32,000 bases of DNA from Erysipelotrichaceae bacterium (GCA_963663995.1 OY760660.1:900001-932000); one strand, 5' to 3'. Shown: positions 17,213-25,997, counted from the stretch's first letter. Made by a program: numbers and translations. Notes: a model not told the origin generated them from the sequence alone.

Positions 17213-18661
17213 TTATATAAATTCAAATCTAGCATAAGCTTTTATCTCTTCATAGAATTGATTTCGTTTAACTTTATAACTTGTATGGTAAGGCATTTCT
17301 TCAAGAACGGCTAATACAGTAGGTAATTTAAAAGTTGCAACTTTATTATGTAAAAATGATCGTACTTCATTTAAACTCATTGTTTCATTTTCTTTTAGAG
17401 TCACAGCACATGCGACTTCATCAAATCCGTTTTTGTTTGTATAAGGAAAAACAACCACTTCATTTATTTTACTAAAATGACTAAGTATGGCTTCAATTTC
17501 AAACGGTGATACTTTTTCACCACCACGATTTATCATTTCTTTTTTTCGACCAATCAATATTAAATAACCATTTTCGTCTATGTAGCCTAAATCACCTGTT
17601 AAAAACCATCCATCATTAAAGTTTTCAATAGACTCATGATGCATATATTCACCAATAACAGTCGGACCACTTACACATACTTCCCCATCCTCAATTTTAT
17701 AGGGTAAATAGACTTTTCCTACACTCCCTTTTATCGCTTTACATTGATAAGTTGTTGATATAATTCCAGTCTCTGTTAAACCATATGAATTAACCACTTC
17801 TGCATTTAAACGCTTTGAAAGGTTTGTAAGTATCGCATCATTGATCGCTGAACCAATGGTTAATAGATAACCATTTTGTTGTTCAATAAATATATCTTCT
17901 CGATTCAAATAGTCATTTAAATATGTCCATACAGCTGGTGGACCAGAAATATAGGTGACCGATTTCAGTTTTAAATAGTGAATAATCGCAGATGGATTAA
18001 AATAATTCAATAATATAACTTCCCCCATATTTGCGATGACTCTAATACTTGATGTAATTGTTAAAACACGTGACATTTTAGCGAGTTGAATATATCGTGT
18101 TTGATCATTGAAATCGACAAATTGATCTCTCGCAAGATAAGCCCTATAGTTAACTTCAAATATTTTAGGTTTACTGGTCGTTCCACTTGTTTGAATGACA
18201 TATGAAATTTGTGTCTCACTCTTTTGATACTTACATGTACAGTCTTTAATTTTCTCAAAATGATATCCATTCGCATGAAATAAATAAAAACCTACGTTAG
18301 ACTCATTCACAGCCCTGACAATAGGATGTGTCAATGAATCACATAACACAAAATCAACCTCAGCATTTATTAATGTACTTTTGTATTTTTCTTCAAAAAA
18401 ATCATAGTCTTCAAAAATAAGTGTTTGTCTTTCGACTAAAACAAAACTTAAAATTAAATAATCCAGTGGATTTGCGACACAAAGTAAAAAACGCGTATTC
18501 TGATCAAATGGTTTTAGAAACTTTTCTACGATCTCTATACGCTCATATAATTCTCTATAGTTAATCGATTGACCATTGATAATACTTATCGCATTTTTAT
18601 CTATATAGTAATGATAATTATCCTTAAACTGCTTTAAAAAGCTTTGATTATTTATCTTCAT
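17213..18661 (-). CDS. ANL-superfamily adenylate-forming enzyme (acyl-CoA synthetase / carrier-protein ligase-like)
   Basis: 482 aa. VIQTSGTTSKPKIF (A3/P-loop motif with G->S deviation), NSYGLTETG (A5), TGDLGYIDENGYLILIGRKKEMINRGGEKVSPFEIE (A7-A8) and a C-terminal SYKVKR (A10 lysine). Confidence 0.85.
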   Translation of the reverse strand: MKINNQSFLKQFKDNYHYYIDKNAISIINGQSINYRELYERIEIVEKFLKPFDQNTRFLLCVANPLDYLILSFVLVERQTLIFEDYDFFEEKYKSTLINAEVDFVLCDSLTHPIVRAVNESNVGFYLFHANGYHFEKIKDCTCKYQKSETQISYVIQTSGTTSKPKIFEVNYRAYLARDQFVDFNDQTRYIQLAKMSRVLTITSSIRVIANMGEVILLNYFNPSAIIHYLKLKSVTYISGPPAVWTYLNDYLNREDIFIEQQNGYLLTIGSAINDAILTNLSKRLNAEVVNSYGLTETGIISTTYQCKAIKGSVGKVYLPYKIEDGEVCVSGPTVIGEYMHHESIENFNDGWFLTGDLGYIDENGYLILIGRKKEMINRGGEKVSPFEIEAILSHFSKINEVVVFPYTNKNGFDEVACAVTLKENETMSLNEVRSFLHNKVATFKLPTVLAVLEEMPYHTSYKVKRNQFYEEIKAYARFEFI

Positions 18662-18711
18662 ATCTAAATTTTAACATGTTCTTTTTAATCTTATTAAACG
18701 ACTAAGCTAAA

Positions 18712-18757
18712 TAAAAACCCTATAAAGCAAATCTGATTTAGATCTAACTCTATAGGG
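18712..18757 (-). terminator. Rho-independent terminator after ChW paralog 1
   Basis: CCCTATA (18718-18724) pairs with TATAGGG (18751-18757). On the minus strand the hairpin is followed by TTTTTAT (A-run 18713-18717 on plus). It lies 22 nt after the stop. The loop is long (26 nt). Confidence 0.45.
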
Positions 18758-18778
18758 TACATAAAACTTATAATAAAT

Positions 18779-20188
18779 CTATTGTGGATGACTTGATCCA
18801 ATCTCTAATCTATTAAACTCATTGTAAGTAAAAGTATCATCATTAACGTTGTATGATACATTGCCAATCATCCAATACCAACCTAATTTTTCATCTAATA
18901 AATCATAATCACTAAAGTTTGGTATATCTTGTGCAAGATATACTTTATCATCTAATTCAAAATCACTTCCATAACAGATATATAATTTATCATCAGCCTT
19001 TAATATATTCATCGAAGCACTTAAATCACCAAAATTATTAAAGTAATCAGAGGGTAAATAATAGAAATAGATGAGTGAATCATTAAAGGGTGAATCCTGT
19101 AATCCACTTAAATCTACATTTACTGTGATTTCATTACCCCAATAACCATATGGACTATATGGCGTTTCACTTTCAACTTCTAAACTATAATATACTCCTT
19201 CACCTTCAACATAGATTCTCATATCTTCACTTGGCACATATAAATATATTTGATTAGATAATATACTTGGACAAGTATAAGAACTTACATCCTCAAGAGT
19301 CACATTACTCATACTTGCTTGCACATATAATTTCTGTACAATCTCTACTCTATAAGCTGTTAAGCGTGAACCAATCGATCCAGCTGTTTGACCATCATAG
19401 ACATATCCCCACCATTCACCTTCAACTTGTGGTTGAATTTGAACACTGTATTGAGGTAAATCAATAAGTCTTGCTTCTAAGGCTTCAATCACAGAACCAC
19501 TTGATCCTAGATTTGCTCTATTACGTGCCCAATCAGTCCAGCCCACATTTCTGATGTATGCTCTATATTCAATAGACCCACTATCAGCACTGATTAAATT
19601 CATAGAAACAGAATCTATTGAACCAGTTCCTTGTGTTTCACCATTATGACGAAGTACTTGATTTACTCCTCCCACACTTGATTTATACTCAACACCTATC
19701 TCATCCACTTGTACTCTAAAACCTGTAATTGGATAAGCACTATTTAATTGACCTGAAGTAGAACCATTACTTTGCCACGTACCCCAACCTAATCCTTTTC
19801 GATAGGATTGGTAATAAACATTCGCATTTGGAAAGTCTTTCAGTTGGATTTGTAATCCAAGTAGAGCTTCATTATTATTTGAAGCGGTTTCCCAAGTGCT
19901 TAACCATTCACTCCAACCTGATGTTGTATAAACTCTGTACTCTATGCCTGCATTATACGGACCATCGACGAGATGTAATTCTAAACTGTCTAAAGGTTCA
20001 CCACCTTCAGTTCCTGCTAATGCTCCACCATAAGCAAAATCCCCTAGAACACTTTCATTTCCTGCCTGATAGCCAACATTAACATGATAATAATCTGTTG
20101 CTTGTACAGGTACTAATATGAAAAGAGTCATCAATATGACTAACACTAACATCTTACAAAAATTAAACATGTTTCCCCCTACACTCAT
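18779..20188 (-). CDS. Secreted ChW-repeat protein, paralog 1 (signal peptide + six ChW-like repeats + unique ~180-aa C-terminal domain)
   Basis: Repeats of the form IEYRAYIRNVGWTDWARNRANLGSSGSVIEALEARLIDLP fit the clostridial hydrophobic-W (ChW) pattern (Y-x-x-h-h-x-x-x-GW..W..nG...G..G....hEahxhxL). The signal peptide ends VPVQA/TDYY. The likely true start is the second in-frame ATG (about 20170, Met7). It has AGGGGG about 5 nt upstream and gives a signal peptide of the same length as the two paralogs. Confidence 0.75.
   Translation of the reverse strand: MSVGGNMFNFCKMLVLVILMTLFILVPVQATDYYHVNVGYQAGNESVLGDFAYGGALAGTEGGEPLDSLELHLVDGPYNAGIEYRVYTTSGWSEWLSTWETASNNNEALLGLQIQLKDFPNANVYYQSYRKGLGWGTWQSNGSTSGQLNSAYPITGFRVQVDEIGVEYKSSVGGVNQVLRHNGETQGTGSIDSVSMNLISADSGSIEYRAYIRNVGWTDWARNRANLGSSGSVIEALEARLIDLPQYSVQIQPQVEGEWWGYVYDGQTAGSIGSRLTAYRVEIVQKLYVQASMSNVTLEDVSSYTCPSILSNQIYLYVPSEDMRIYVEGEGVYYSLEVESETPYSPYGYWGNEITVNVDLSGLQDSPFNDSLIYFYYLPSDYFNNFGDLSASMNILKADDKLYICYGSDFELDDKVYLAQDIPNFSDYDLLDEKLGWYWMIGNVSYNVNDDTFTYNEFNRLEIGSSHPQ
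19335..20117 (-). repeat. Dispersed direct repeat copy 1 (~780 bp; ChW-module coding DNA)
   Basis: Aligns base-for-base by eye with 31063-31845 and 28992-29772, roughly 80-90% identical. Exact shared runs with copy 3 include a 34-mer, GCTTCAATCACAGAACCACTTGATCCTAGATTTG (19482-19515 = 31210-31243), and a 29-mer, TCTACTCTATAAGCTGTTAAGCGTGAACC. Confidence 0.85.
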
Positions 20189-20297
20189 TTAAATATATTA
20201 AGTTATTTTTATTTTATAAAAAATAAATAGAATTGGGTAGAAACTGATAGTGTGCATTTTTTGCTTTTGCATCATGTATTTAATTCAATCTAGTGAT

Positions 20298-20325
20298 TAA
20301 AAAACTCATCCTTGCGAATGAGTTC
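20298..20325 (-). terminator. Rho-independent terminator after the aspartate kinase gene
   Basis: On the minus strand: AACTCAT-tcgcaagg-ATGAGTT followed by TTTTT (plus strand 20299-20324), starting 9 nt after the TAA at 20334-20336. Confidence 0.6.
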
Positions 20326-20333
20326 ATAATCAT

Positions 20334-21641
20334 TTATCCAATAAACTGTTCATATAACACATGTAAGCTATCTTCAAAGTCTTTATTATCAACACCGACT
20401 AAAATACTAATTTCATCTGTCCCTTGGGCAATCGATCGAATATTAATATTACTCTCACCAAGTGCACTAAATATTTTTGCTGATACACCAGCTTGAGTTT
20501 TCATTCTTCGACCTACACAGGTAATTAACGCTAATTCATCTTCAATGTTTAAGCGTTCAGGTTGAATCTTATGTTCAATTAACTGAATCAATTTCTCTAA
20601 ATTGTTTTTGAGATTACTGGATTTAACCGTAATCGTAAAACTATCAATCCCTTTAGTGAGCAGTTCAATCGGTAAATGCATATACTCAAAGATCTCTAAG
20701 ACTTCTCTAAAGACTCTTGGTGATTTAGAAATGTATTCTTTGTGAATCGATAAAACTGTAAAATCTTTTAGTCCACTCACCCCAGTAATAAATTGTTGAG
20801 TAACTTCTTCTTGTGGAAGTGTTTCTAAAATAATCGTACCTGGATGATCAGGTTCATTGGTATTACGAATATTTAAAGGGATGTTTTTTCGTTTTACTGG
20901 CATCATTGCTTCTTCATGAATGACATTTGCCCCCATAAAAGCGAGTTCCCTAAGTTCTGCATATGTCATTTTCTCAATCGATTTAGCGTAATGTACAATG
21001 CGCGGATCAGCCATTAAAACACCTGATACATCGGTCCAGTTTTCATAAACATCTGAGTCTAAAGCAGCTGAAACAAGTGCTCCGGTAATATCACTACCCC
21101 CACGACCTAAAACTTTAATTTCACCTTTTAAATTAGATCCATAAAAACCAGGAATCACACAAGGTCCAACTTGATCATAGGTATCTTTAATTAAGTTAAA
21201 GGTTGCTTGTTGATTAATACTACTATCATCATTCAATTTAATAATGTCTTTTGCATCCACAAACGGAATGTTTAAATAACGCGCTAAGATTTGTGCATTT
21301 GTTTTCTCCCCAATAGAAACAAGTTCATCAATCGTTGTATTTTTAGATAAATGTTCTTTAAAGTTCTGTAAATCATCACTCACTTCAAGTGCACACTCAG
21401 TTTGTATTTCTCCAAAGCGTTTAATGATTTCATCAAAACTTTGGCTATAATCTTGATCACTTTGTAAAGCATCATAGGTCATGTATAAAAGATCAGTCAT
21501 CTTTGTTTGATGTAGTGCATCCTTACCAGGCGCACTAACCACAATCACTTTACGATCTTGATTTGATTCAATAATTTTTTTAATTTTATAGTACTGGCTA
21601 GCATTTGCTAAAGATGTACCACCAAATTTACAAACGATCAT
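20334..21641 (-). CDS. Aspartate kinase (monofunctional, with C-terminal ACT-type regulatory region)
   Basis: 435 aa. MIVCKFGGTSLANA (kinase N-terminus), VVSAPGK, GRGGSDITGALVSAALDSDVYENWTDVSGVLMADPRIV. Starts 1 nt after the hom stop. Confidence 0.9.
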   Translation of the reverse strand: MIVCKFGGTSLANASQYYKIKKIIESNQDRKVIVVSAPGKDALHQTKMTDLLYMTYDALQSDQDYSQSFDEIIKRFGEIQTECALEVSDDLQNFKEHLSKNTTIDELVSIGEKTNAQILARYLNIPFVDAKDIIKLNDDSSINQQATFNLIKDTYDQVGPCVIPGFYGSNLKGEIKVLGRGGSDITGALVSAALDSDVYENWTDVSGVLMADPRIVHYAKSIEKMTYAELRELAFMGANVIHEEAMMPVKRKNIPLNIRNTNEPDHPGTIILETLPQEEVTQQFITGVSGLKDFTVLSIHKEYISKSPRVFREVLEIFEYMHLPIELLTKGIDSFTITVKSSNLKNNLEKLIQLIEHKIQPERLNIEDELALITCVGRRMKTQAGVSAKIFSALGESNINIRSIAQGTDEISILVGVDNKDFEDSLHVLYEQFIG

Positions 21642-21642
21642 C

Positions 21643-22800
21643 TTACATTACCCTCGCAAAGAAGAGTTGACCACTCTCTCTTAATAATTGTAGTGCTTTA
21701 TGGACTTCAAAAGAAGAGATAGACTTCGTTAAAAAGTATTGTTTATCTTCAACTTGCCATTTTTTATCAATCCATTCATCATGAGCTAAATCTAAATCAG
21801 CTGATAAACGGATAAAATATTTACCTTCTAATTCTTCATTCTTAGCAGCTTTATGAACGGTTGTCTCTGGCAACATTTCTCTTTGTCCTGCCCGAGTGTA
21901 AAAGAGATCTCTTAAAACATTGGTCGCAGTTGGTTCTCCCCCTGCTCCTTGACCTGATAAATAGACAAGATTACCACGTTCTGGTGTAATCACCGCAATA
22001 TTATAGTTTTGAAGGATATTCGCTTCAGCACTATGTTCTTTCACTAAAGTTGGTTCAACCGTCATATGAAGATGTTTCTTTTGTTTTTCACCTTTGGCAA
22101 TCAATCTTACTCGATAGCCTAATTTCTTAATTTCAGTCACATCTTCTGATTGAATGTGACGAATACCTTCACACAATATACTTTCTTGATCAACCCACGT
22201 ATTTAAACCAACCGCGATTGCTAAACGAATTTTATATAAAGTATCCATTCCATCAATATCACTGCTAGGATCTGCTTCAGCATAACCTAACTTTTGAGCT
22301 TGTTTTAAAGCTTGTTTAAAATCAATTCCATTTGTCTCCATTTCATCCAAAATATAATTACAGGTTCCATTTAAAATACCAGAAATGGCTTGAATCCCTA
22401 AAGGTTTATTTTCTAAAATCGTTGGTTGAATGGGAATACCACCCCCACAAGCTGCAGATAAAAGTAAACCCACTTTTTTCTTACGTGCAAGTGCTGAGAG
22501 TTCATCGCCATAAACATTAAATAAAGCTTTATTCGCTGATATAACATGTTTACCAGAATTTAAGGCTGCTCGAATATACTCATAGGCAGGATGAATCCCA
22601 CCAATCAGTTCAACAACGACATCAATATCATCATTTTCTAATATTTCTTGAGGATCATCGGTCATGAAATCTTTAGTGACTTTCCCTCGACGTCTTAAAA
22701 CACGGACAACATTAATCCCTGATTTTACGTGATCCGTTTTATTTAATAATTTTAATAACGCTCTTGCGACAGTACCGTAGCCTAAAACACCAACATTCAT
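21643..22800 (-). CDS. hom: Homoserine dehydrogenase
   Basis: 385 aa. NVGVLGYGTVARALLKLL (NAD-binding), VVELIGG, HVISANKAL, GILNGTCNYILDEM, LGYAEADPSSDIDGMDT, all classic Hom motifs. The C-terminal tail is short, so a canonical ACT domain is doubtful. Confidence 0.9.
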   Translation of the reverse strand: MNVGVLGYGTVARALLKLLNKTDHVKSGINVVRVLRRRGKVTKDFMTDDPQEILENDDIDVVVELIGGIHPAYEYIRAALNSGKHVISANKALFNVYGDELSALARKKKVGLLLSAACGGGIPIQPTILENKPLGIQAISGILNGTCNYILDEMETNGIDFKQALKQAQKLGYAEADPSSDIDGMDTLYKIRLAIAVGLNTWVDQESILCEGIRHIQSEDVTEIKKLGYRVRLIAKGEKQKKHLHMTVEPTLVKEHSAEANILQNYNIAVITPERGNLVYLSGQGAGGEPTATNVLRDLFYTRAGQREMLPETTVHKAAKNEELEGKYFIRLSADLDLAHDEWIDKKWQVEDKQYFLTKSISSFEVHKALQLLRESGQLFFARVM

Positions 22801-22821
22801 AACTTTTCTCTGTTTCTATTT

Positions 22822-22839
22822 TGAATACACTTGTATTCA
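22822..22839. promoter_or_regulatory. Perfect palindrome in the divergent hom / thrC promoter region (candidate operator)
   Basis: TGAATAC-ACTT-GTATTCA (7-bp arms, 4-bp spacer), centred in the 87-bp hom-thrC intergenic region. No binding factor is known from the sequence. Confidence 0.25.
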
Positions 22840-22887
22840 CATTGAAAACAGTGTAACCTATGTACAAACGAATTTCAAGGTGAACAT

Positions 22888-24309
22888 ATGAACTATTTTA
22901 GTACTCGATCTCAAGATTTACAACTGACATCTAAAGAAGCCATCCATCAAGGTTTATCCAGTGATGGTGGTCTTTTTGTTCCAATACAATTTCCACAGTT
23001 TAAATTAGATGATTTAATTCAAGGAAACTATGCAGATATTCAAAAAAGAATCCTTAAAGCTTTCTTTGATGATTACAGTAATGAAGAACTAGAAAAAGCG
23101 GTTGATCATCAAGTATCGCGCTTTAATCATCCTTTAATTACACCCTTAAAAAAGGTGGGTAAACCTTTTGTCTTAGAACTCTTTCATGGTCCTAGTGCGG
23201 CCTTTAAAGATGTCGCATTACAGATACTTCCTGAACTGCTTAAACCCGCTAAGGCAACCACGATTCTAACAGCTACTTCAGGTGATACAGGTTCAGCGGC
23301 ACTAGAAGGCTTTAGAGATAAAGAAAACATCGATATCATGGTTTATTATCCTACGGTTGGGATTTCCGATATTCAACGCAAACAAATGACTTGTGTTGAT
23401 TCAGCTAATACCCATGTTTATGGAATTAAAGGAAACTTTGACGATGCGCAAAGAGCAGTTAAAGAACTCTTTCAAAGCAATCAAGACAAGTCTTTATCTT
23501 CAGCTAACTCGATTAATATTGGAAGACTCGTACCGCAAATTGCTTATTATGTTTACGCCTATAAACAACTGATTGAACAAAAAGCTCTATCACTGGGTGA
23601 AGAAATGGTTGTATCAGTGCCTACGGGTAACTTTGGTAATATCTTGGCTGCTTATTATGCTAAAAAAATTGGATGTCCAATTAAACACTTTATCTGTGCC
23701 TCAAATGAGAATGATGTATTAACCGAAGTGATTAAAACAGGAACTTATCATTTAAATAGAGACTTCATGACAACCACTTCTCCAAGTATGGATATTTTAA
23801 TATCTTCAAACTTTGAAAGACTCTTATATGACTTCAGTAAAGATACACAACAAGTATCAACCTATATGAGTGATCTAAAAGAAAAAGGTTCATATACTTT
23901 AAAGGATGCTGAGTTTAAAGAACTAAGTAACTTATTTAGTGCTCAATCAATCAATCAAAAAGAAGTAAATCATACCATTGAAGTCACCTATCAAAATACT
24001 AAAGAACTTCTTGATCCGCATACTGCGATTGCGATGCATGCTGGTTATCAATATAATCAAAAAAATCCAAAGGATGTCGTAATTATTGCCGCAACTGCTT
24101 CCCCCTATAAATTCCCAAAAACAGTCCTTAAAGCACTTAAACAAGACATTCCAAATAATGACTTTGAAGCGATGGGAAAACTCTATGATTTAACGCAAGT
24201 TGAAATACCAGCTTTCTTAAAAGAACTTAAAGATAAAAAGGAAATTCATACAACAATCATTGAAACAAGTGACATCAATGATTCCTTTAATAAGGTCTAC
24301 CATGATTAA
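22888..24309 (+). CDS. thrC: Threonine synthase (long form)
   Basis: 473 aa. MNYFSTRS start, LELFHGPSAAFKDVALQ (PLP-lysine motif), TATSGDTGSAA, VPTGNFGNILA. RBS AAGGTGA lies 5 nt upstream. Confidence 0.92.
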   Translation: MNYFSTRSQDLQLTSKEAIHQGLSSDGGLFVPIQFPQFKLDDLIQGNYADIQKRILKAFFDDYSNEELEKAVDHQVSRFNHPLITPLKKVGKPFVLELFHGPSAAFKDVALQILPELLKPAKATTILTATSGDTGSAALEGFRDKENIDIMVYYPTVGISDIQRKQMTCVDSANTHVYGIKGNFDDAQRAVKELFQSNQDKSLSSANSINIGRLVPQIAYYVYAYKQLIEQKALSLGEEMVVSVPTGNFGNILAAYYAKKIGCPIKHFICASNENDVLTEVIKTGTYHLNRDFMTTTSPSMDILISSNFERLLYDFSKDTQQVSTYMSDLKEKGSYTLKDAEFKELSNLFSAQSINQKEVNHTIEVTYQNTKELLDPHTAIAMHAGYQYNQKNPKDVVIIAATASPYKFPKTVLKALKQDIPNNDFEAMGKLYDLTQVEIPAFLKELKDKKEIHTTIIETSDINDSFNKVYHD

Positions 24310-25159
24310 AATTAGAGTCCCTGCTACATCCGCTAATATTGGCTCTGGTTTTGATGAACTCGGTTTAGCTGTACAACTCTATGCTTATGTTTCCTTTGAG
24401 TTTGCCCCAGAATATACTTACGAAGGCTTAGAAGTCCGTTATCAAAAAGATAACCTGATTAAAGAAGCATATGAATATACATGTATTCAAGAAAACTTTG
24501 AAATCAAACCTTTAGCCATTCATTTAAGTTCCGATATACCTATTGCCCGTGGCTTAGGTTCAAGTTCAAGTTTAATCGTAGCCGGTGTATCAGCTGCCTT
24601 TTTACTGAACACTCAAAAACTAGATAAAGACTTAGTCTTAAAACATGCGGTTGCTTTAGAAGGTCATCCCGATAATGTCGCACCTGCCATTTATGGGGGA
24701 CTAATTCACTCCATTAAAGAAAATGGTGAGTATACCATTAAAAATCTAGACTTAAATAAAGATCTATTTTTTACATTCCTAATTCCAGACTTTGAACTAT
24801 CAACTAAACTTGCACGCTCTGTCCTACCTCAAAGCTATTCACAAGCCATACTAGATAGTCATCAATCTAAACTAAATCATTTAATACAAGGCTTAAAAAG
24901 TGGTGATATGAATTTAATTGAAGATGGATGTGATGATGTGATTCATCAACCATACCGTTTTCCTTTAATTAAAGATGTAAGCCTCATTAAAGAAAAACTA
25001 AACCTACAAAAACCATCAGCTCTTTTCTTATCTGGTGCTGGTCCTACTTTAGGCATTATCACTAAAGAAAAACTAAATATTGATTTAAATCAAACTGAAG
25101 CTGATTGGTCAGTAAATCCCTTACTCATCGATCATGAGGGAGTTGTTTTATATGAGTAA
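24302..25159 (+). CDS. thrB: Homoserine kinase
   Basis: MIKIRVPATSANIGSGFDELG (GHMP kinase N-terminus), PIARGLGSSSSLIVAG (motif 2) and HPDNVAPAIYGG. I place the start at ATG 24302, which overlaps the thrC stop (cATGATTAA), rather than at the track's 24260. The extra 14 residues are not ThrB-like. Confidence 0.9.
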   Translation: MIKIRVPATSANIGSGFDELGLAVQLYAYVSFEFAPEYTYEGLEVRYQKDNLIKEAYEYTCIQENFEIKPLAIHLSSDIPIARGLGSSSSLIVAGVSAAFLLNTQKLDKDLVLKHAVALEGHPDNVAPAIYGGLIHSIKENGEYTIKNLDLNKDLFFTFLIPDFELSTKLARSVLPQSYSQAILDSHQSKLNHLIQGLKSGDMNLIEDGCDDVIHQPYRFPLIKDVSLIKEKLNLQKPSALFLSGAGPTLGIITKEKLNIDLNQTEADWSVNPLLIDHEGVVLYE

Positions 25160-25589
25160 GCAATACGTTATCGTTAATAAAAAAATATTGCCTGATAACT
25201 TTGAAAAAGTCATAGAAGCAAAAGCCTTATTGGATTCACATAGTGCTAAAGATGTATCCGATGCCTGTAAAAAAGTAGGTTTGTCCCGTTCTAGTTATTA
25301 CAAACTTAAAGATATGGTCTTTAGTGATGAAGATGAGAAAACGACTCGTAAAGTCGTGATCTCTTGTAGTCTAAATCACACCCAAGGCATATTATCTAAT
25401 CTACTTCATCATATTGCTGCACATCATGCGAATGTCTTAACGATTACCCAAAACTATCCACTACAAAATCATGCCTATGTGGTTATTATGTTAGATATCT
25501 CAGATATGTTAATATCTGTTGAAAATCTGATTCAAGAACTGAGTGGCATTGATAATGTCACAACCGTAAAACTGATATCCATTGAATAA
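25152..25589 (+). CDS. Stand-alone ACT-domain protein (UPF0735/PheB-like)
   Basis: MSKQYVIVNKKILPDNFEKVIEAKALL...LSRSSYYKLKD (N-terminal HTH-like part) followed by an ACT-like beta-alpha-beta-beta-alpha-beta region (VVISCSLNHTQGILSNLLHHIAAHHANVLTITQ). The start is set at ATG 25152 (GAGGGAG about 10 nt upstream), which overlaps the thrB stop. Confidence 0.7.
   Translation: MSKQYVIVNKKILPDNFEKVIEAKALLDSHSAKDVSDACKKVGLSRSSYYKLKDMVFSDEDEKTTRKVVISCSLNHTQGILSNLLHHIAAHHANVLTITQNYPLQNHAYVVIMLDISDMLISVENLIQELSGIDNVTTVKLISIE
25566..25589 (+). repeat. 24-bp perfect direct repeat, copy 1 (last 7 codons + stop of the ACT gene)
   Basis: GTAAAACTGATATCCATTGAATAA is identical to 28357-28380. The flanking bases differ on both sides. 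Confidence 0.95.
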
Positions 25590-25620
25590 AAGAGCCAATC
25601 TTATCGATTCGCTCTTTTTT
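25589..25620 (+). terminator. Hairpin/T-run after the thrC-thrB-ACT operon (overlaps the 3' end of the convergent YjbR-like gene)
   Basis: AAAGAGC (25589-25595), a 15-nt loop, then GCTCTTT (25611-17) followed by TTT. Confidence 0.45.
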
Positions 25621-25969
25621 GTGTTAATCCATAACTCATATCAACTAATGATAATAATTCTTCTTTATCAAAGGAACTATTCAAAATAATACTAATCCAG
25701 TGTTCCTTATTCATGTGATAAGCCGGAAGTACACCTTCTTGTCCTCTTAGAAAATAATTGAGTTCAGGTTCAACCTTTAAATTGATGATTTCAGTGATGC
25801 CTTCGTCATCAAGATTTAAACGATGATTGTTTACATTCATGATTAATGCATACCATTTACCATTTTTATGTCTTAAAACAGCTGAATCAAAATCTTCATC
25901 AAAAGGAAAATCAGCTTTCGTCTCATACTTATTTAAAACATAGTTAAATATTTCTTCACGTGTAATCAC
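25601..25969 (-). CDS. MmcQ/YjbR-family protein (putative DNA-binding)
   Basis: 122 aa. REEIFNYVLNKY...DFPF...AVLRHKNGKWYALIMNV...LKVEPELNYFLRGQEGVLPAYHMNKEHWISIIL...LVDMSYGLT follows the YjbR family pattern closely. Confidence 0.8.
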   Translation of the reverse strand: MITREEIFNYVLNKYETKADFPFDEDFDSAVLRHKNGKWYALIMNVNNHRLNLDDEGITEIINLKVEPELNYFLRGQEGVLPAYHMNKEHWISIILNSSFDKEELLSLVDMSYGLTQKRANR

Positions 25970-25997
25970 AAGTTGTCTCTATTTAATTATAAATGAT

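Noticed and set aside
18061-18276. 71-aa minus-strand ORF in another frame of the ANL gene
   Set aside because: It overlaps the ANL reading frame, which contains the A3 motif region here. It has no independent support.
19267-20082. Plus-strand ORFs 19267-19467 and 19828-20082, and the similar 31043-31282 in paralog 3. Their translations are conserved between paralogs (..LLYKLLSVN.SIQLF.HHRHIPTI..).
   Set aside because: The conservation is explained by the high DNA identity of the sense-strand ChW modules. The ORFs are antisense, have no RBS, and are not intact in paralog 2.
20293-20496. 67-aa plus-strand ORF overlapping the aspartate kinase 3' end and its terminator
   Set aside because: It is antisense to the ACT region of aspartate kinase and spans the terminator hairpin. 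It is spurious.
22801-22887. T-box, attenuator or riboswitch control of the threonine genes
   Set aside because: The intergenic region is only 87 bp and is shared by two divergent promoters. There is no room for a 200-300-nt leader, and no specifier or terminator-antiterminator structure is visible.
22332-24144. Antisense ORFs 22332-22520 (in hom) and 23947-24144 (in thrC)
   Set aside because: Both lie inside strongly supported housekeeping genes on the opposite strand.
24260-24301. N-terminal extension of thrB from the ORF track (MKQVTSMIPLIRST)
   Set aside because: ThrB family proteins start at M-(I/K)-(K/V)-(I/V)-R-VPATSAN. The ATG at 24302 overlaps the thrC stop in a classic coupling arrangement. 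The extension would overlap thrC by 50 nt.
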